Of a DNA stretch of 46,124 bases, positions 1 through 8,176 are shown piece after piece. The translations under genes and the position numbers were made by a program. How positions within the stretch are numbered: the stretch's first letter is position 1; each line of letters starts with the position of its first letter. Location of the stretch: positions 1 through 46,124 of IMG/VR virus record IMGVR_UViG_3300048577_000585. One strand, given 5' to 3'. This DNA is from a virus. Its lineage: Duplodnaviria; Caudoviricetes. Under the pieces are notes generated by a model. That model ran no database searches. It was not told where the DNA came from and worked only from the letters and a program-made list of their open reading frames with translations.

Positions 1-648
1 GATACACTAACTTTTGAGTTTTCGGCATGTCCGGAAGCTCTAACCGCATGGCAGTTGCTCGCGGCAAAGTGCAGTGAATATCCAGATCGTGAGCGTGAGC
101 AAGCAATGCGATTCGCACTCTGGATTCATGACGGTGACGGCGCGTATTTTCTGGAACGTATTAGGACGCTGCTTGGCTTGGACGAGGGGTTCTTTGGTTA
201 TATCGCTGAGAAATACCTGGCTAAAGGGTACAAAGTACGATTCGAGGTTGACGAGTACAGTGCTAAATACCTGTATACGAAGGATGTCGGCGGTCTAAGT
301 ATCGCATACTCAACGCTGTGGCCGACGGTTTGTTTTGTAAACAACACATCTATCGGCGTCAAGGCAGTGCTCGAACACGCGGACGAGCTTGAGGCCGGTA
401 TCAAGCATCAGCTTGTCCGATTCTGTAAACCGTGTAATGACTGCATGGTTTGTACCAAAGGCGGTAAAAACAAGCAGTTTACCGTCACGGTACATCATGC
501 CGGCAAAGAATATCGCTTCTGTCCGGAATTTGTGCAGATGGAATGGTACAACAGCGACATTTCGAGAGAAAAAATTGATTTCTTGTTAGAACTCAATGAA
601 TTACAGGAACAATTCGGAAAAAATTGGCGAAAGAAAAAGATACTATAA
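1..648 (+). CDS. Hypothetical protein, 5'-truncated (flank outside the prophage); C-terminal Cys cluster (CxxCxxCxxC...C)
   Basis: Frame is open from position 1 to TAA at 646-648; ORF track gives 55..648. Confidence 0.7.
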   Translation, partial: DTLTFEFSACPEALTAWQLLAAKCSEYPDREREQAMRFALWIHDGDGAYFLERIRTLLGLDEGFFGYIAEKYLAKGYKVRFEVDEYSAKYLYTKDVGGLSIAYSTLWPTVCFVNNTSIGVKAVLEHADELEAGIKHQLVRFCKPCNDCMVCTKGGKNKQFTVTVHHAGKEYRFCPEFVQMEWYNSDISREKIDFLLELNELQEQFGKNWRKKKIL

Positions 649-750
649 TCAGGCCAATATCCAAAGTGATAGCGTTTTAATGAGCTTTATATTATCAGAG
701 GTTAAAGTGAGTGGATAGGCAGTATTTTTCAAAGGCTTAATAAGGCATAA

Positions 751-972
751 TTTCCCGCCAACGATTTTATCGTCATTACCCATGAATGGCTTCCCACGAA
801 TGAAGAAGCTCTTAAATATGGAATAGGTGCAGGTTGGGAATATAAAAAAACCATGCAGATACCGGATGGTTATGTTAGAGATGACGAACCTGGTAGTCCG
901 ATAACCCTTATTGAAAGAGAAAACGCAGATACGCCCGACGGTAGTAGATATGAGGTTTGGGTGCCGATATAA
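751..972 (+). pseudogene. Probable C-terminal remnant of a GyrI-like/AraC effector-binding protein
   Basis: Open frame after TAA at 748-750 with no start codon at its 5' end: ...ITHEWLPTNEE...PDGYVRDDEPG...ERE...RYEVWVPI*; the EWLP and YEVWVPI motifs resemble GyrI-like C-termini. Confidence 0.45.
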
Positions 973-1083
973 AAGTGTGTTAAGTCGGTTCTGTCAAGAA
1001 GCATATGGATGAACTGAAACCGACCGTTTTGGCCTGTTTTGACCGATTCGGTGGGCTACATAACACCTAAACGGCAAATAGCA

Positions 1084-1127
1084 AAACGCCGATAAAGCAT
1101 TGCAATTGCAGCACTTTACCGGCGTTT
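1084..1127 (-). terminator. Inverted repeat just downstream of the tRNA 3' fragment
   Basis: AAACGCCGATAAAG (1084-1097) / CTTTACCGGCGTTT (1114-1127), 13 of 14 complementary. Confidence 0.45.
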
Positions 1128-1133
1128 ACATAT

Positions 1134-1182
1134 TGGAGCGGGTGAAGGGAATCGAACCCTCGCATTCAGCTTGGGAAGCTGA
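1134..1182 (-). repeat. Attachment-site core: 3' part of tRNA-Gly(CCC), from the anticodon arm to CCA
   Basis: Reverse complement reads TCAGCTTCCCAAGCTGAATGCGAGGGTTCGATTCCCTTCACCCGCTCCA (CCC anticodon loop, GTTCGA T-loop, CCA end); no D-arm or 5' acceptor strand upstream; 29 bp from the integrase stop. Confidence 0.9.
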
Positions 1183-1211
1183 AAGTTAAAACGGCTGTTC
1201 CAGTTACGGCC

Positions 1212-2378
1212 CTAGCCCTCGGCTGTTTCGGCAATCTCGGTCTGAGACACCTTTTTAGATGCGTAATCATTTATTAATCCGGCAGCCAGTTTTATTATCT
1301 CATCAGATTCATGCGTGTAGATATTCGCGGTTGTGGCGATATCGGCATGCCCCATTAGGTATTTTGCTACGTTAATCGGAACAGTGGCATTCTGCAGGTC
1401 CGTTCCGTATGTGTGCCGGAGAACGTAGGGGCAGAGATCGTCGGCAACCATCGACTTTATAATCTGACTGCGGTAGACCTTCGCTCCCAGGGAGATATCC
1501 AGCGCCCGGAGGAAGGACAGCCAGTAACGGCGCATTGATGTTTCGGTATGATGCTTTCCTTTATTTTCAGTTTTTACCTGTGTGAAAATATAGTCCAGCG
1601 GCTTACCGCGCTTCCGCTTGAAATCTTCAAACAGATCATCCGGGATCGGTACCTGCCGAAAACCGGCGTCGCTTTTCGGGGCCTTGAAGCTGTCTGATGT
1701 GCCGCTCTCTAATGCTTGGTGTATATTAAGCGTTTGCTTCTTGAAGTCAATGTCGCGCCACTGCATAGGGATAGTTTCACCTGGGCGCGGACCGCAAAAC
1801 AGGATTGTCTTAACCCATAAGCCAGCAGGATGTGTTTCAGCTAATTTGAGAATCGCCGAGCGCTCGGCCGGTGTCAGAGAACGGCGCTTTTTATCAGACG
1901 CTTTCGGAAGCACCAAATCTTCTGCAGGGCTGAACGGGATAAGCCTGGACTTTACGGCTTGTCCGAACATGCGCTTCATGTATTCCCGAAGCTTTGTAAC
2001 ATGAGACAAGCTCTTGCCGGCCTGTCCGTTAAGTATCTTCTGAAGGTGAACGTCCTTGACCTCTTTCAACTTCATAGTGCCAACCGCCGGGATGACATTC
2101 TTGTTTATTTTACCCTTTATATTCAAATATGACTTATGAGTTATATTGGTTGGTTCGACATAAGTGGAAAGCCATGTTTCCGACCACGACTTAACCGATG
2201 TGTTACTGTTGAGGACGTTGATGCCTTGCTTTGCTTTAACAAGCTTCTCGTTCAGATCGTCAAAGGCTGCCTTTTGCGCGGCTTTCTCGGATACTCCTTT
2301 GGCACTTGCACAGCCGGTATAAACCCTGCCTTCATAACGCTTGTACTCGCGCCAATACCCATCTTTACACAGACCCAT
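1212..2378 (-). CDS. int: Tyrosine integrase
   Basis: GPRPGE (catalytic R), PKS (K), YVLRHTY, LMGHADIATTANIY motifs; GGAGG RBS before ATG at 2378. Confidence 0.95.
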   Translation of the reverse strand: MGLCKDGYWREYKRYEGRVYTGCASAKGVSEKAAQKAAFDDLNEKLVKAKQGINVLNSNTSVKSWSETWLSTYVEPTNITHKSYLNIKGKINKNVIPAVGTMKLKEVKDVHLQKILNGQAGKSLSHVTKLREYMKRMFGQAVKSRLIPFSPAEDLVLPKASDKKRRSLTPAERSAILKLAETHPAGLWVKTILFCGPRPGETIPMQWRDIDFKKQTLNIHQALESGTSDSFKAPKSDAGFRQVPIPDDLFEDFKRKRGKPLDYIFTQVKTENKGKHHTETSMRRYWLSFLRALDISLGAKVYRSQIIKSMVADDLCPYVLRHTYGTDLQNATVPINVAKYLMGHADIATTANIYTHESDEIIKLAAGLINDYASKKVSQTEIAETAEG

Positions 2379-2599
2379 TGGTGATTCCTCCAAAACTTCC
2401 GCAACTTCACTCGCTGTACTGTTTATCGCGCACATATTGATTTAAAATCATACTTACAAGGTCTAATATTTACTATGCTGTAAATTATTGTTACTGCTTT
2501 GTAAAAATTCATGAATTAGATTATGTTAATTGATATTGCCGGATTCAGGTGTAAAATGGGGAATATGGTAAAGAGATGCGGCACGATATGGAGGATTAT

Positions 2600-2734
2600 A
2601 TGCCTAAAGATGATGAACTTAGTAAAAGAAGAGAAGATGCTGCAACGCTGTCGGAGATCGTTAACATGATCGCTGGATTCACTGAAGACGAAATAAAGGA
2701 GTTCAATCGCCTCGTTTTGCAATTATGCCCTTAG
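2600..2734 (+). CDS. 44-aa acidic helical peptide convergent with the repressor; candidate antirepressor
   Basis: GGAGG at 2590-2594, ATG 2600, MPKDDELSKRREDAATLSEIVNMIAGFTEDEIKEFNRLVLQLCP*; possible promoter TTGATA-16-TAAAAT at 2530-2557; below the ORF-track size cutoff. Confidence 0.6.
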   Translation: MPKDDELSKRREDAATLSEIVNMIAGFTEDEIKEFNRLVLQLCP

Positions 2735-3089
2735 CAATCTGTTTGATTGATTCATACATGCTAGGATCGACCTGAGAGAGAAGTTCTATAGATTCCCGAA
2801 AATCATTATTAGATTCCGCCATTTTCATAACGCGCTCGCTGAAAAGCGGGTGCGTTTCTTTTTTCTCGGTCAGGTCCGACATGCGAACGCCGAAGTATTC
2901 CGCAATTGTTTGCATTTTATCAACTCGCGGGTATTTCTTGCCAAGGTACCAATCAGAAACCGTAGATGCGGTGATGCCGAGGTCGATCACCATGTCGGCC
3001 TGCGTTTTCCCGCTGCCTTCCATTAAGCGTTTAAAGTTTTCCGCAAATATTTGCTTTGCGGAGTTTGTTATTGAATCTTCGTTTTTCAT
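2703..3089 (-). CDS. CI-like XRE/HTH immunity repressor without a peptidase domain
   Basis: TQADMVIDLGITASTVSDWYLGKKYPRVDKMQTIAEYFGV HTH_3 pattern; divergent from cro-like gene. Confidence 0.9.
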   Translation of the reverse strand: MKNEDSITNSAKQIFAENFKRLMEGSGKTQADMVIDLGITASTVSDWYLGKKYPRVDKMQTIAEYFGVRMSDLTEKKETHPLFSERVMKMAESNNDFRESIELLSQVDPSMYESIKQIAKGIIAKRGD

Positions 3090-3119
3090 AGCAACCCCCA
3101 CCCATTGTATTCCACCGCT

Positions 3120-3206
3120 ATAATAATCTAAAAGCGTAATAAATGCAAATATATTTTTGAATCATTACGCTTTTAGCTTGACATTACGCTTTTAGCGTGA
3201 TAGCAT
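3120..3206. promoter_or_regulatory. Lysis/lysogeny switch: divergent promoters with three operator copies (consensus ATTACGCTTTTAGCGTGAT)
   Basis: Rightward TTGACA(3178)-17-TAGCAT(3201) with TGn extension; leftward TTGCAT-17-TATTAT (3148 to 3120); ATTACGCTTTTAG at 3128-3140 (-), 3164-3176 and 3183-3195. Confidence 0.8.
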
Positions 3207-3228
3207 AACTGCAAAAGGGGTGAAACAA

Positions 3229-3480
3229 ATGCCAGAAAACGCGCCACGTATACAATTAAAAGCAGCCAGAGTAAATAAGGATTTATCCCAAGCAGAGGCG
3301 GCAAAAGAGCTTGATATATCGAAATCTTCGCTTCAGAAGTACGAGACATATCAGGTTGTTCCGCCCTGGGATGTCGTTACGCGAATGTCTTCGCTTTACG
3401 ATATCCACACGGATTACCTTATTTTTTTGCGTCCAGATTCCGCTAAAAGCGTAATAAAGGCGGCCGGCCATGGCGACTAG
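3229..3480 (+). CDS. Cro-like XRE/HTH regulator
   Basis: LKAARVNKDLSQAEAAKELDISKSSLQKYE; GGGGTGA RBS. Confidence 0.88.
   Translation: MPENAPRIQLKAARVNKDLSQAEAAKELDISKSSLQKYETYQVVPPWDVVTRMSSLYDIHTDYLIFLRPDSAKSVIKAAGHGD
3437..3455 (-). promoter_or_regulatory. Fourth operator copy, inside the 3' end of cro
   Basis: ATTCCGCTAAAAGCGTAAT; reverse complement matches the consensus at 17 of 19 positions. Confidence 0.7.
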
Positions 3481-3682
3481 GCAAGAAGTCATTGACGATA
3501 TCCGGTGTCATTACGGCAATATGCTGAATGTCACGCAGCTCGCCAAGCTCTTTAACTGCGATCGAAGGACAGTTCCTACATATGTCGAAGGGATTCCATT
3601 CTTCACGATGGGGAAGGACAAGAAATACCTCGCTCTTGATGTCGGCCGCAGGATATATGACCGGATGGAGGGCGGAGTATGA
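3470..3682 (+). CDS. Small winged-helix/excisionase-like DNA-binding protein
   Basis: MLNVTQLAKLFNCDRRTV HTH pattern; directly follows cro. Confidence 0.65.
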   Translation: MATRQEVIDDIRCHYGNMLNVTQLAKLFNCDRRTVPTYVEGIPFFTMGKDKKYLALDVGRRIYDRMEGGV

Positions 3683-3771
3683 AAAACGCCAGGAACTACC
3701 GATTGATCTTTGCGTTTTGCCTCGCGTTCTGGCTGGTGGCGTTCTGCGTTTACCGCGCGGTGTCAACATGA
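3679..3771 (+). CDS. 30-aa single-TM peptide
   Basis: MKNARNYRLIFAFCLAFWLVAFCVYRAVST*; ATGA overlaps with both neighbours; GGAGG upstream. Confidence 0.6.
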   Translation: MKNARNYRLIFAFCLAFWLVAFCVYRAVST

Positions 3772-4466
3772 AGACCCGGCAGAAGCAGGACAAGCCTATC
3801 AGTAACCCAATTGCTTACTGCGCGTTTCACGAAATCCTTATGAACCTGCCATACATAAGAAACAAAGGCTGTGTCGTACCGAGGTATTGCAATCGGCTCT
3901 GGTGGTACGGCGCGGACGGAATCGGAAAGAAACTGAAAGGACGGAAAGAGACTGAAAGGACGGAAAGAGAAATGAAACGATTCAAGCCCTACATAGGCCG
4001 CATCAAACTGATCGACAAGATACTGCTGGGTGCCGCGACGATTGCAATTATGGTCCTGTGTGTCGGAATGGCCTTCTTCTGCGCCGCCGCCACACCGACA
4101 GCCAACGCCACGGACGCGCCGTTTGTGGCCTGCCCATACCAGCACATCGGTACATTCCAGATCACCGGCTACGACCCGTACAACCCCGCCTGCGTCAACA
4201 AGGCAACCCCTGACGGCATCACCCGCAGCGGCGAGTTGGCGATCCCCGGCGAGACGGCTGCCATGTACGGAGATTCGACCGGCTTCTACATAGGTGAAAT
4301 ACATTACCCTTTCGGTACCCGAGTCTACATTGTCGGCCTTGGCGAGTACATCGTCAACGATACGGGCCCCGCCCCCGGAGTGGTTGATGTAGCCTGTCCA
4401 GACATACCGAGTTGTTATGAGGTTACGGACAGCTACACGCTATACATCATAACCCCAGCCAGATAA
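3768..4466 (+). CDS. Fusion of a small Cys/His protein with a membrane-anchored 3D-domain (cell-wall-related) protein; internal start at 3972
   Basis: TM segment ILLGAATIAIMVLCVGMAFFC; 3D-like ITGY..DGITRSG..PFGTRVYIVGLGEYIVNDTG..VDV; the ORF-track start at 3528 overlaps real upstream genes. Confidence 0.65.
   Translation: MKTRQKQDKPISNPIAYCAFHEILMNLPYIRNKGCVVPRYCNRLWWYGADGIGKKLKGRKETERTEREMKRFKPYIGRIKLIDKILLGAATIAIMVLCVGMAFFCAAATPTANATDAPFVACPYQHIGTFQITGYDPYNPACVNKATPDGITRSGELAIPGETAAMYGDSTGFYIGEIHYPFGTRVYIVGLGEYIVNDTGPAPGVVDVACPDIPSCYEVTDSYTLYIITPAR
3932..3969 (+). repeat. Perfect 19-bp tandem duplication
   Basis: ACTGAAAGGACGGAAAGAG at 3932-3950 and 3951-3969. Confidence 0.95.
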
Positions 4467-4493
4467 GGAAAGGAGGACACCTTGCATACCACC

Positions 4494-4556
4494 AAAACAA
4501 ACCCGGCCTGACGCTACCAACATCAGGCCGGGCATGAGAACCAAGGATATTATTAC
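4494..4556 (-). ncRNA. Putative antisense sRNA of about 60 nt in the early operon
   Basis: Minus-strand TTGACA(4592-4587)-18-TATACT(4568-4563); terminator stem CCCGGCCTGA/TCAGGCCGGG (4502-4532) followed by TTTGTTTT on the minus strand. Confidence 0.55.
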
Positions 4557-4591
4557 ACGCTCAGTATATGAGCAAGGAGGGCAATTTGTCA

Positions 4592-6025
4592 ATGAAAACC
4601 ACCAAAATCTACATACGCGATCTTTTCGGCGTCGCTTTGCGCGTCATCGAGGGCGGCAAATCATACGAGCTGACCGGGCCGAAGGGCTCCGGCAAAACGT
4701 CGGTGCTGGATGCAATCCGTTTCGCGCTGACTAACCGTTCTGACCGGGAGTTCATCATCCGGCAGGGCGCGGACGAGGGCGAAATCATCATCGAGACAAA
4801 TACCGGTCTTTCGATTGACCGGAAGATCCGCGAAAGCAAAGCTGACTTTATCAAGGTCAAGGACGGCAACCTGCTCCAGAACCGACCAGCCGAGTTTCTC
4901 TCCGGCATATTCACGCCGCTGCAGCTTAATCCGGTTGAGTTTACGCAGATGTCCCGGCAGGAAAAGAACCGCGTCATTCTGTCTCTGATCGAGTTCGATT
5001 GGGATATCAACTGGATTCAGGAGAAATTCGGGGAGATACCGCCCAAGATCGACTATACCAAGCACATTCTTGAAGTCCTGTCTGATATCCAGGCCGACAA
5101 CGGCGTTTATTACCAAAGCCGCCGCGACCTGAACAGCCGGGCGCTCCATGTGAAGAAGTCTATTGAGGACATTGCCCGGACCATTCCGAAGGATTACGAA
5201 TTTGCGAAGTGGGACGCCTACTCTCTGGCAGACGCTTATGCCAAGTTGGAGAAGATCAAGGACCACAACGGCAAAATCGCCCGAGCGAAGGCGTTCAAGG
5301 ACAGCTACGACAATAAACTACGCGGACTCCAGGCTGACCGGGATATCGCGCTTGCCGCGGCTGATAAGGCCATTCAGAACGAGCGTGAAGGGCTGCTTAC
5401 CACCATTGAACGCCTCCGTGCGGAGATCAAAGCCGCTGAGGACAAAATCTACGGGCTTGACTCGACGCTGGCCGACAAAAAAGCCGTCATCCAGTCGAAG
5501 TACCAGGAAGACCTTGCCAAGCTTGACGCTGACACCGGTACCGCCGCTGAGTGGGCAGATAAGGAACCGCAGCCGGTCGACACGCTCCAGCAGGAAGTCG
5601 GCACAGCCGAAGCCATGAAGAAGCACCTGAACGAGTATCAGCGGATGCTTCATAACCAGGCAGAACTGGAAAAGCTCACCGAGGACGCCGCCGAGTTGAC
5701 CCGTAAAATCGATCTGGCCCGAGAGCTCCCGGGCGAAATCCTCAAAACCGCGACACTGCCGATTGCAGGCTTGACCGTAGAGAACGGCATTCCGCTCATC
5801 AACGGTTTGCCCATCAGTAACCTGTCCGACGGCGAACTGCTTGACCTGTGCGTCGAAGTCGCTATATGCCGTCCGGGTGGCCTCGAAATCATCCTGATCG
5901 ACGGCGCGGAACGCCTCGACTCCGGCAGCCGTGAACGCCTGTACGCCAAGTGCAAGGAGAAGGGTCTGCAGCTTATTGCGACGCGGGTGACGGACAGTGA
6001 TGAACTGGAGGTTGTGGAATTATGA
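4592..6025 (+). CDS. SbcC/Rad50-like AAA ATPase with coiled coil
   Basis: Walker A GPKGSGKTS, long coiled coil, LSDGE signature, IILIDGAE Walker B; AAGGAGG RBS. Confidence 0.85.
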   Translation: MKTTKIYIRDLFGVALRVIEGGKSYELTGPKGSGKTSVLDAIRFALTNRSDREFIIRQGADEGEIIIETNTGLSIDRKIRESKADFIKVKDGNLLQNRPAEFLSGIFTPLQLNPVEFTQMSRQEKNRVILSLIEFDWDINWIQEKFGEIPPKIDYTKHILEVLSDIQADNGVYYQSRRDLNSRALHVKKSIEDIARTIPKDYEFAKWDAYSLADAYAKLEKIKDHNGKIARAKAFKDSYDNKLRGLQADRDIALAAADKAIQNEREGLLTTIERLRAEIKAAEDKIYGLDSTLADKKAVIQSKYQEDLAKLDADTGTAAEWADKEPQPVDTLQQEVGTAEAMKKHLNEYQRMLHNQAELEKLTEDAAELTRKIDLARELPGEILKTATLPIAGLTVENGIPLINGLPISNLSDGELLDLCVEVAICRPGGLEIILIDGAERLDSGSRERLYAKCKEKGLQLIATRVTDSDELEVVEL

Positions 6026-6684
6026 GCGACAAGCTTGACCGTGTATCCGGCAACGATAGCTTGAAAAAGTATTTTGACAGTCCTTACATGGGCGCCTATT
6101 CCATATCGGATGGCGCGGAGCCGGTCGTAACGATTGCTGAAGTCCTTTTCGGCAAGATCACCTTGGACGGTGGCCGCAAAGAAGATCATGTTGTGATGCG
6201 GTTTGCCGAAAAAAGCGTACCCGGAATGGACGAAGTGAAGCCGCTGGTCCTCAATGCCACCAACTTGAAATCGCTTGAAAAGCTATATGGCAAGGGCGCT
6301 GATGTTTTGATCGGCAAGCGTATCAAGTTCTATGTGGACCCCGCGGTAAAGGCTATCGGCGGCGGCACAACCGAAGGTGTCCGTATCAGACCGCGTATCC
6401 CGCAGCAAGCCACGTCAGGGCCGCCGATTTGCTCCGATTGCAAACATGAGATCACTTCGGCAACCACAAAGACAGGCGCGGAAGCCAGCGCCGCACAGAT
6501 CGTCGCTTTGTCAAGAAAGCGATATCAAGATGACCTTTGCGCTGACTGCATGAAAAAGCGCGAAGCAGTTGACAAGGCCGCTGAGCCCCCGGCAAATACG
6601 GTCACGGTAGATAACACACATGATTCAGCGCCGGAGACATTCAACGCCGCGCTGAGTGCCTTGGAAGGAGCGTTAACTGAATGA
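6022..6684 (+). CDS. Phage recombination-module protein with C-terminal zinc ribbon
   Basis: KPLVLNATN core, CxxC...CxxC; translationally coupled between the ATPase and nuclease. Confidence 0.6.
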   Translation: MSDKLDRVSGNDSLKKYFDSPYMGAYSISDGAEPVVTIAEVLFGKITLDGGRKEDHVVMRFAEKSVPGMDEVKPLVLNATNLKSLEKLYGKGADVLIGKRIKFYVDPAVKAIGGGTTEGVRIRPRIPQQATSGPPICSDCKHEITSATTKTGAEASAAQIVALSRKRYQDDLCADCMKKREAVDKAAEPPANTVTVDNTHDSAPETFNAALSALEGALTE

Positions 6685-7448
6685 TACTCACACAGGAAAA
6701 CTACTTCTCGCCCGAAGCTGAAGCTTTTTACATGGGCTCCACGCAGTTCAAGAGATTTGCTGAGTGCGAATCGTCTGCGCTGGCAATGATCCGGGGCGAG
6801 TACCGGGAAGATTCGACAACTGCGCTGCTGGTCGGCTCCTACGTCGACGCGCATTTTTCCGGGACGCTCAATCTTTTCAAAGCGCAGAACCCCGAAATCT
6901 TCACCAGGACCGGCACGCTCCGCGCCGATTACGAATATGCCAACTACATAATCGCCCGTATTGAGCGTGACCCGTTGTTCATGCGGGCCATGTCCGGTGA
7001 GATACAGCGCATCATGACCGGCGAGATCATGGGCGTCCCGGTCAAGATCAAGGTGGACAGCCTCTTGCTGGACGAGCGGATCGTTGACATGAAGATCATG
7101 CGCGACATGGAGGACGTGTACAACAGCGAGGAACACTGTTGGGAGCCGTTCTGGAAAGCCTGGGGCTACGACATATCAGGCGCGATATACCGTGAAATCG
7201 TCCGTCAGAACGTCGGCGTCACGCTTCCTTTCGGGCTTGCCGTCGCCACCAAGGAAAAGCCGGAGCCGGACATTGCGCTCCTGACGCTGCCGCCGGCTGT
7301 GTTGGACGAGGCGCTTGAGATCGTCAGGGCCGATATCGTCTATTACGACGGCTTGAAGAAGGGCCTGTATGAGCCACAGAACTGCGGAGCGTGCCCACAA
7401 TGCCGGTCTACCAAGGTGCTGACGGAATGGGTGGAGGTCGGGGCATGA
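6681..7448 (+). CDS. PD-(D/E)XK exonuclease (DUF3799/RecE-like)
   Basis: LTQENYFS..YMGSTQFK, ALLVGSYVDA, KVD...IVDMK, YDISGAIY, terminal CxxCxxC. Confidence 0.8.
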   Translation: MILTQENYFSPEAEAFYMGSTQFKRFAECESSALAMIRGEYREDSTTALLVGSYVDAHFSGTLNLFKAQNPEIFTRTGTLRADYEYANYIIARIERDPLFMRAMSGEIQRIMTGEIMGVPVKIKVDSLLLDERIVDMKIMRDMEDVYNSEEHCWEPFWKAWGYDISGAIYREIVRQNVGVTLPFGLAVATKEKPEPDIALLTLPPAVLDEALEIVRADIVYYDGLKKGLYEPQNCGACPQCRSTKVLTEWVEVGA

Positions 7449-7636
7449 TTAAGGTCGAAGGATACAAGGCGTTCCGTGGGACCCTGAGAGTGACGCCGAA
7501 AAACGAAGTCCCGCCATTTGAGATCACAACGGACTGGCTTTATAAGCCTGACGCCAAATGCTGGTACGGCGACGGCAGAAGCTTCCCGGCTGAAATCTGC
7601 GAAGTGGTGACGGAAAGCCCGGAACCGACGGTTTAA
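7445..7636 (+). CDS. Hypothetical phage protein
   Basis: GGAGG RBS and ATGA overlap with the upstream gene. Confidence 0.65.
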   Translation: MIKVEGYKAFRGTLRVTPKNEVPPFEITTDWLYKPDAKCWYGDGRSFPAEICEVVTESPEPTV

Positions 7637-7637
7637 C

Positions 7638-8171
7638 ATGGACACCGCCGCCGACGCAATCAAACGCGCCTTGTCCATGGATACCGTCGCCCGGTTCTAC
7701 GGGTACCGGCCAAATAGGGGCAACTATATTAGCTGCCCCTTCCACAAAGATAAGACGGCTTCCCTCAAAGTCTACGAACAGCCCGGACGCGGTTTTCACT
7801 GCTACGGATGCGGCAAGGGCGGCAGTGTGATCGATTTCGTGATGGAACTGTCCAACGTCGATTATCCCGCCGCCCTGGCTCAACTGAACGCAGACTTTCA
7901 CCTGGGGCTGTCCATGGACAAGCCAGACCCTTCCGCTCTTGCACAGGCCCGCAGGAGGCGCGAGGAAGAGGAACGGCGCAGGGCAATATATGAAGCGGAG
8001 TACTACCGGCATGTCGATGACTTCTCTCGCCTATATTACGCCTTCTCACACAAGCAGCCCAAGCAACCGGAGGACATGGACAACCTGGACCCGGAATACG
8101 TCGAGGCATGTCACCGGCTTGAAGGGCTTGAATACTGGTTTCAAACGAATCCACATCCACGTAAGGGGTGA
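7638..8171 (+). CDS. CHC2 primase-type zinc-finger protein lacking TOPRIM
   Basis: CPFHKDKTASLKVY..FHCYGCGKGGSVIDFV. Confidence 0.88.
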   Translation: MDTAADAIKRALSMDTVARFYGYRPNRGNYISCPFHKDKTASLKVYEQPGRGFHCYGCGKGGSVIDFVMELSNVDYPAALAQLNADFHLGLSMDKPDPSALAQARRRREEEERRRAIYEAEYYRHVDDFSRLYYAFSHKQPKQPEDMDNLDPEYVEACHRLEGLEYWFQTNPHPRKG

Positions 8172-8176
8172 TGTAA

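Noticed and set aside
1134-1210. Complete tRNA-Gly gene
   Set aside because: Sequence beyond 1182 cannot form the D-arm or the 5' acceptor strand; it is an att fragment.
3528-3767. ORF-track N-terminal extension of the 312-aa ORF
   Set aside because: Overlaps two better-supported coupled genes (3470..3682 and 3679..3771) and has no RBS.
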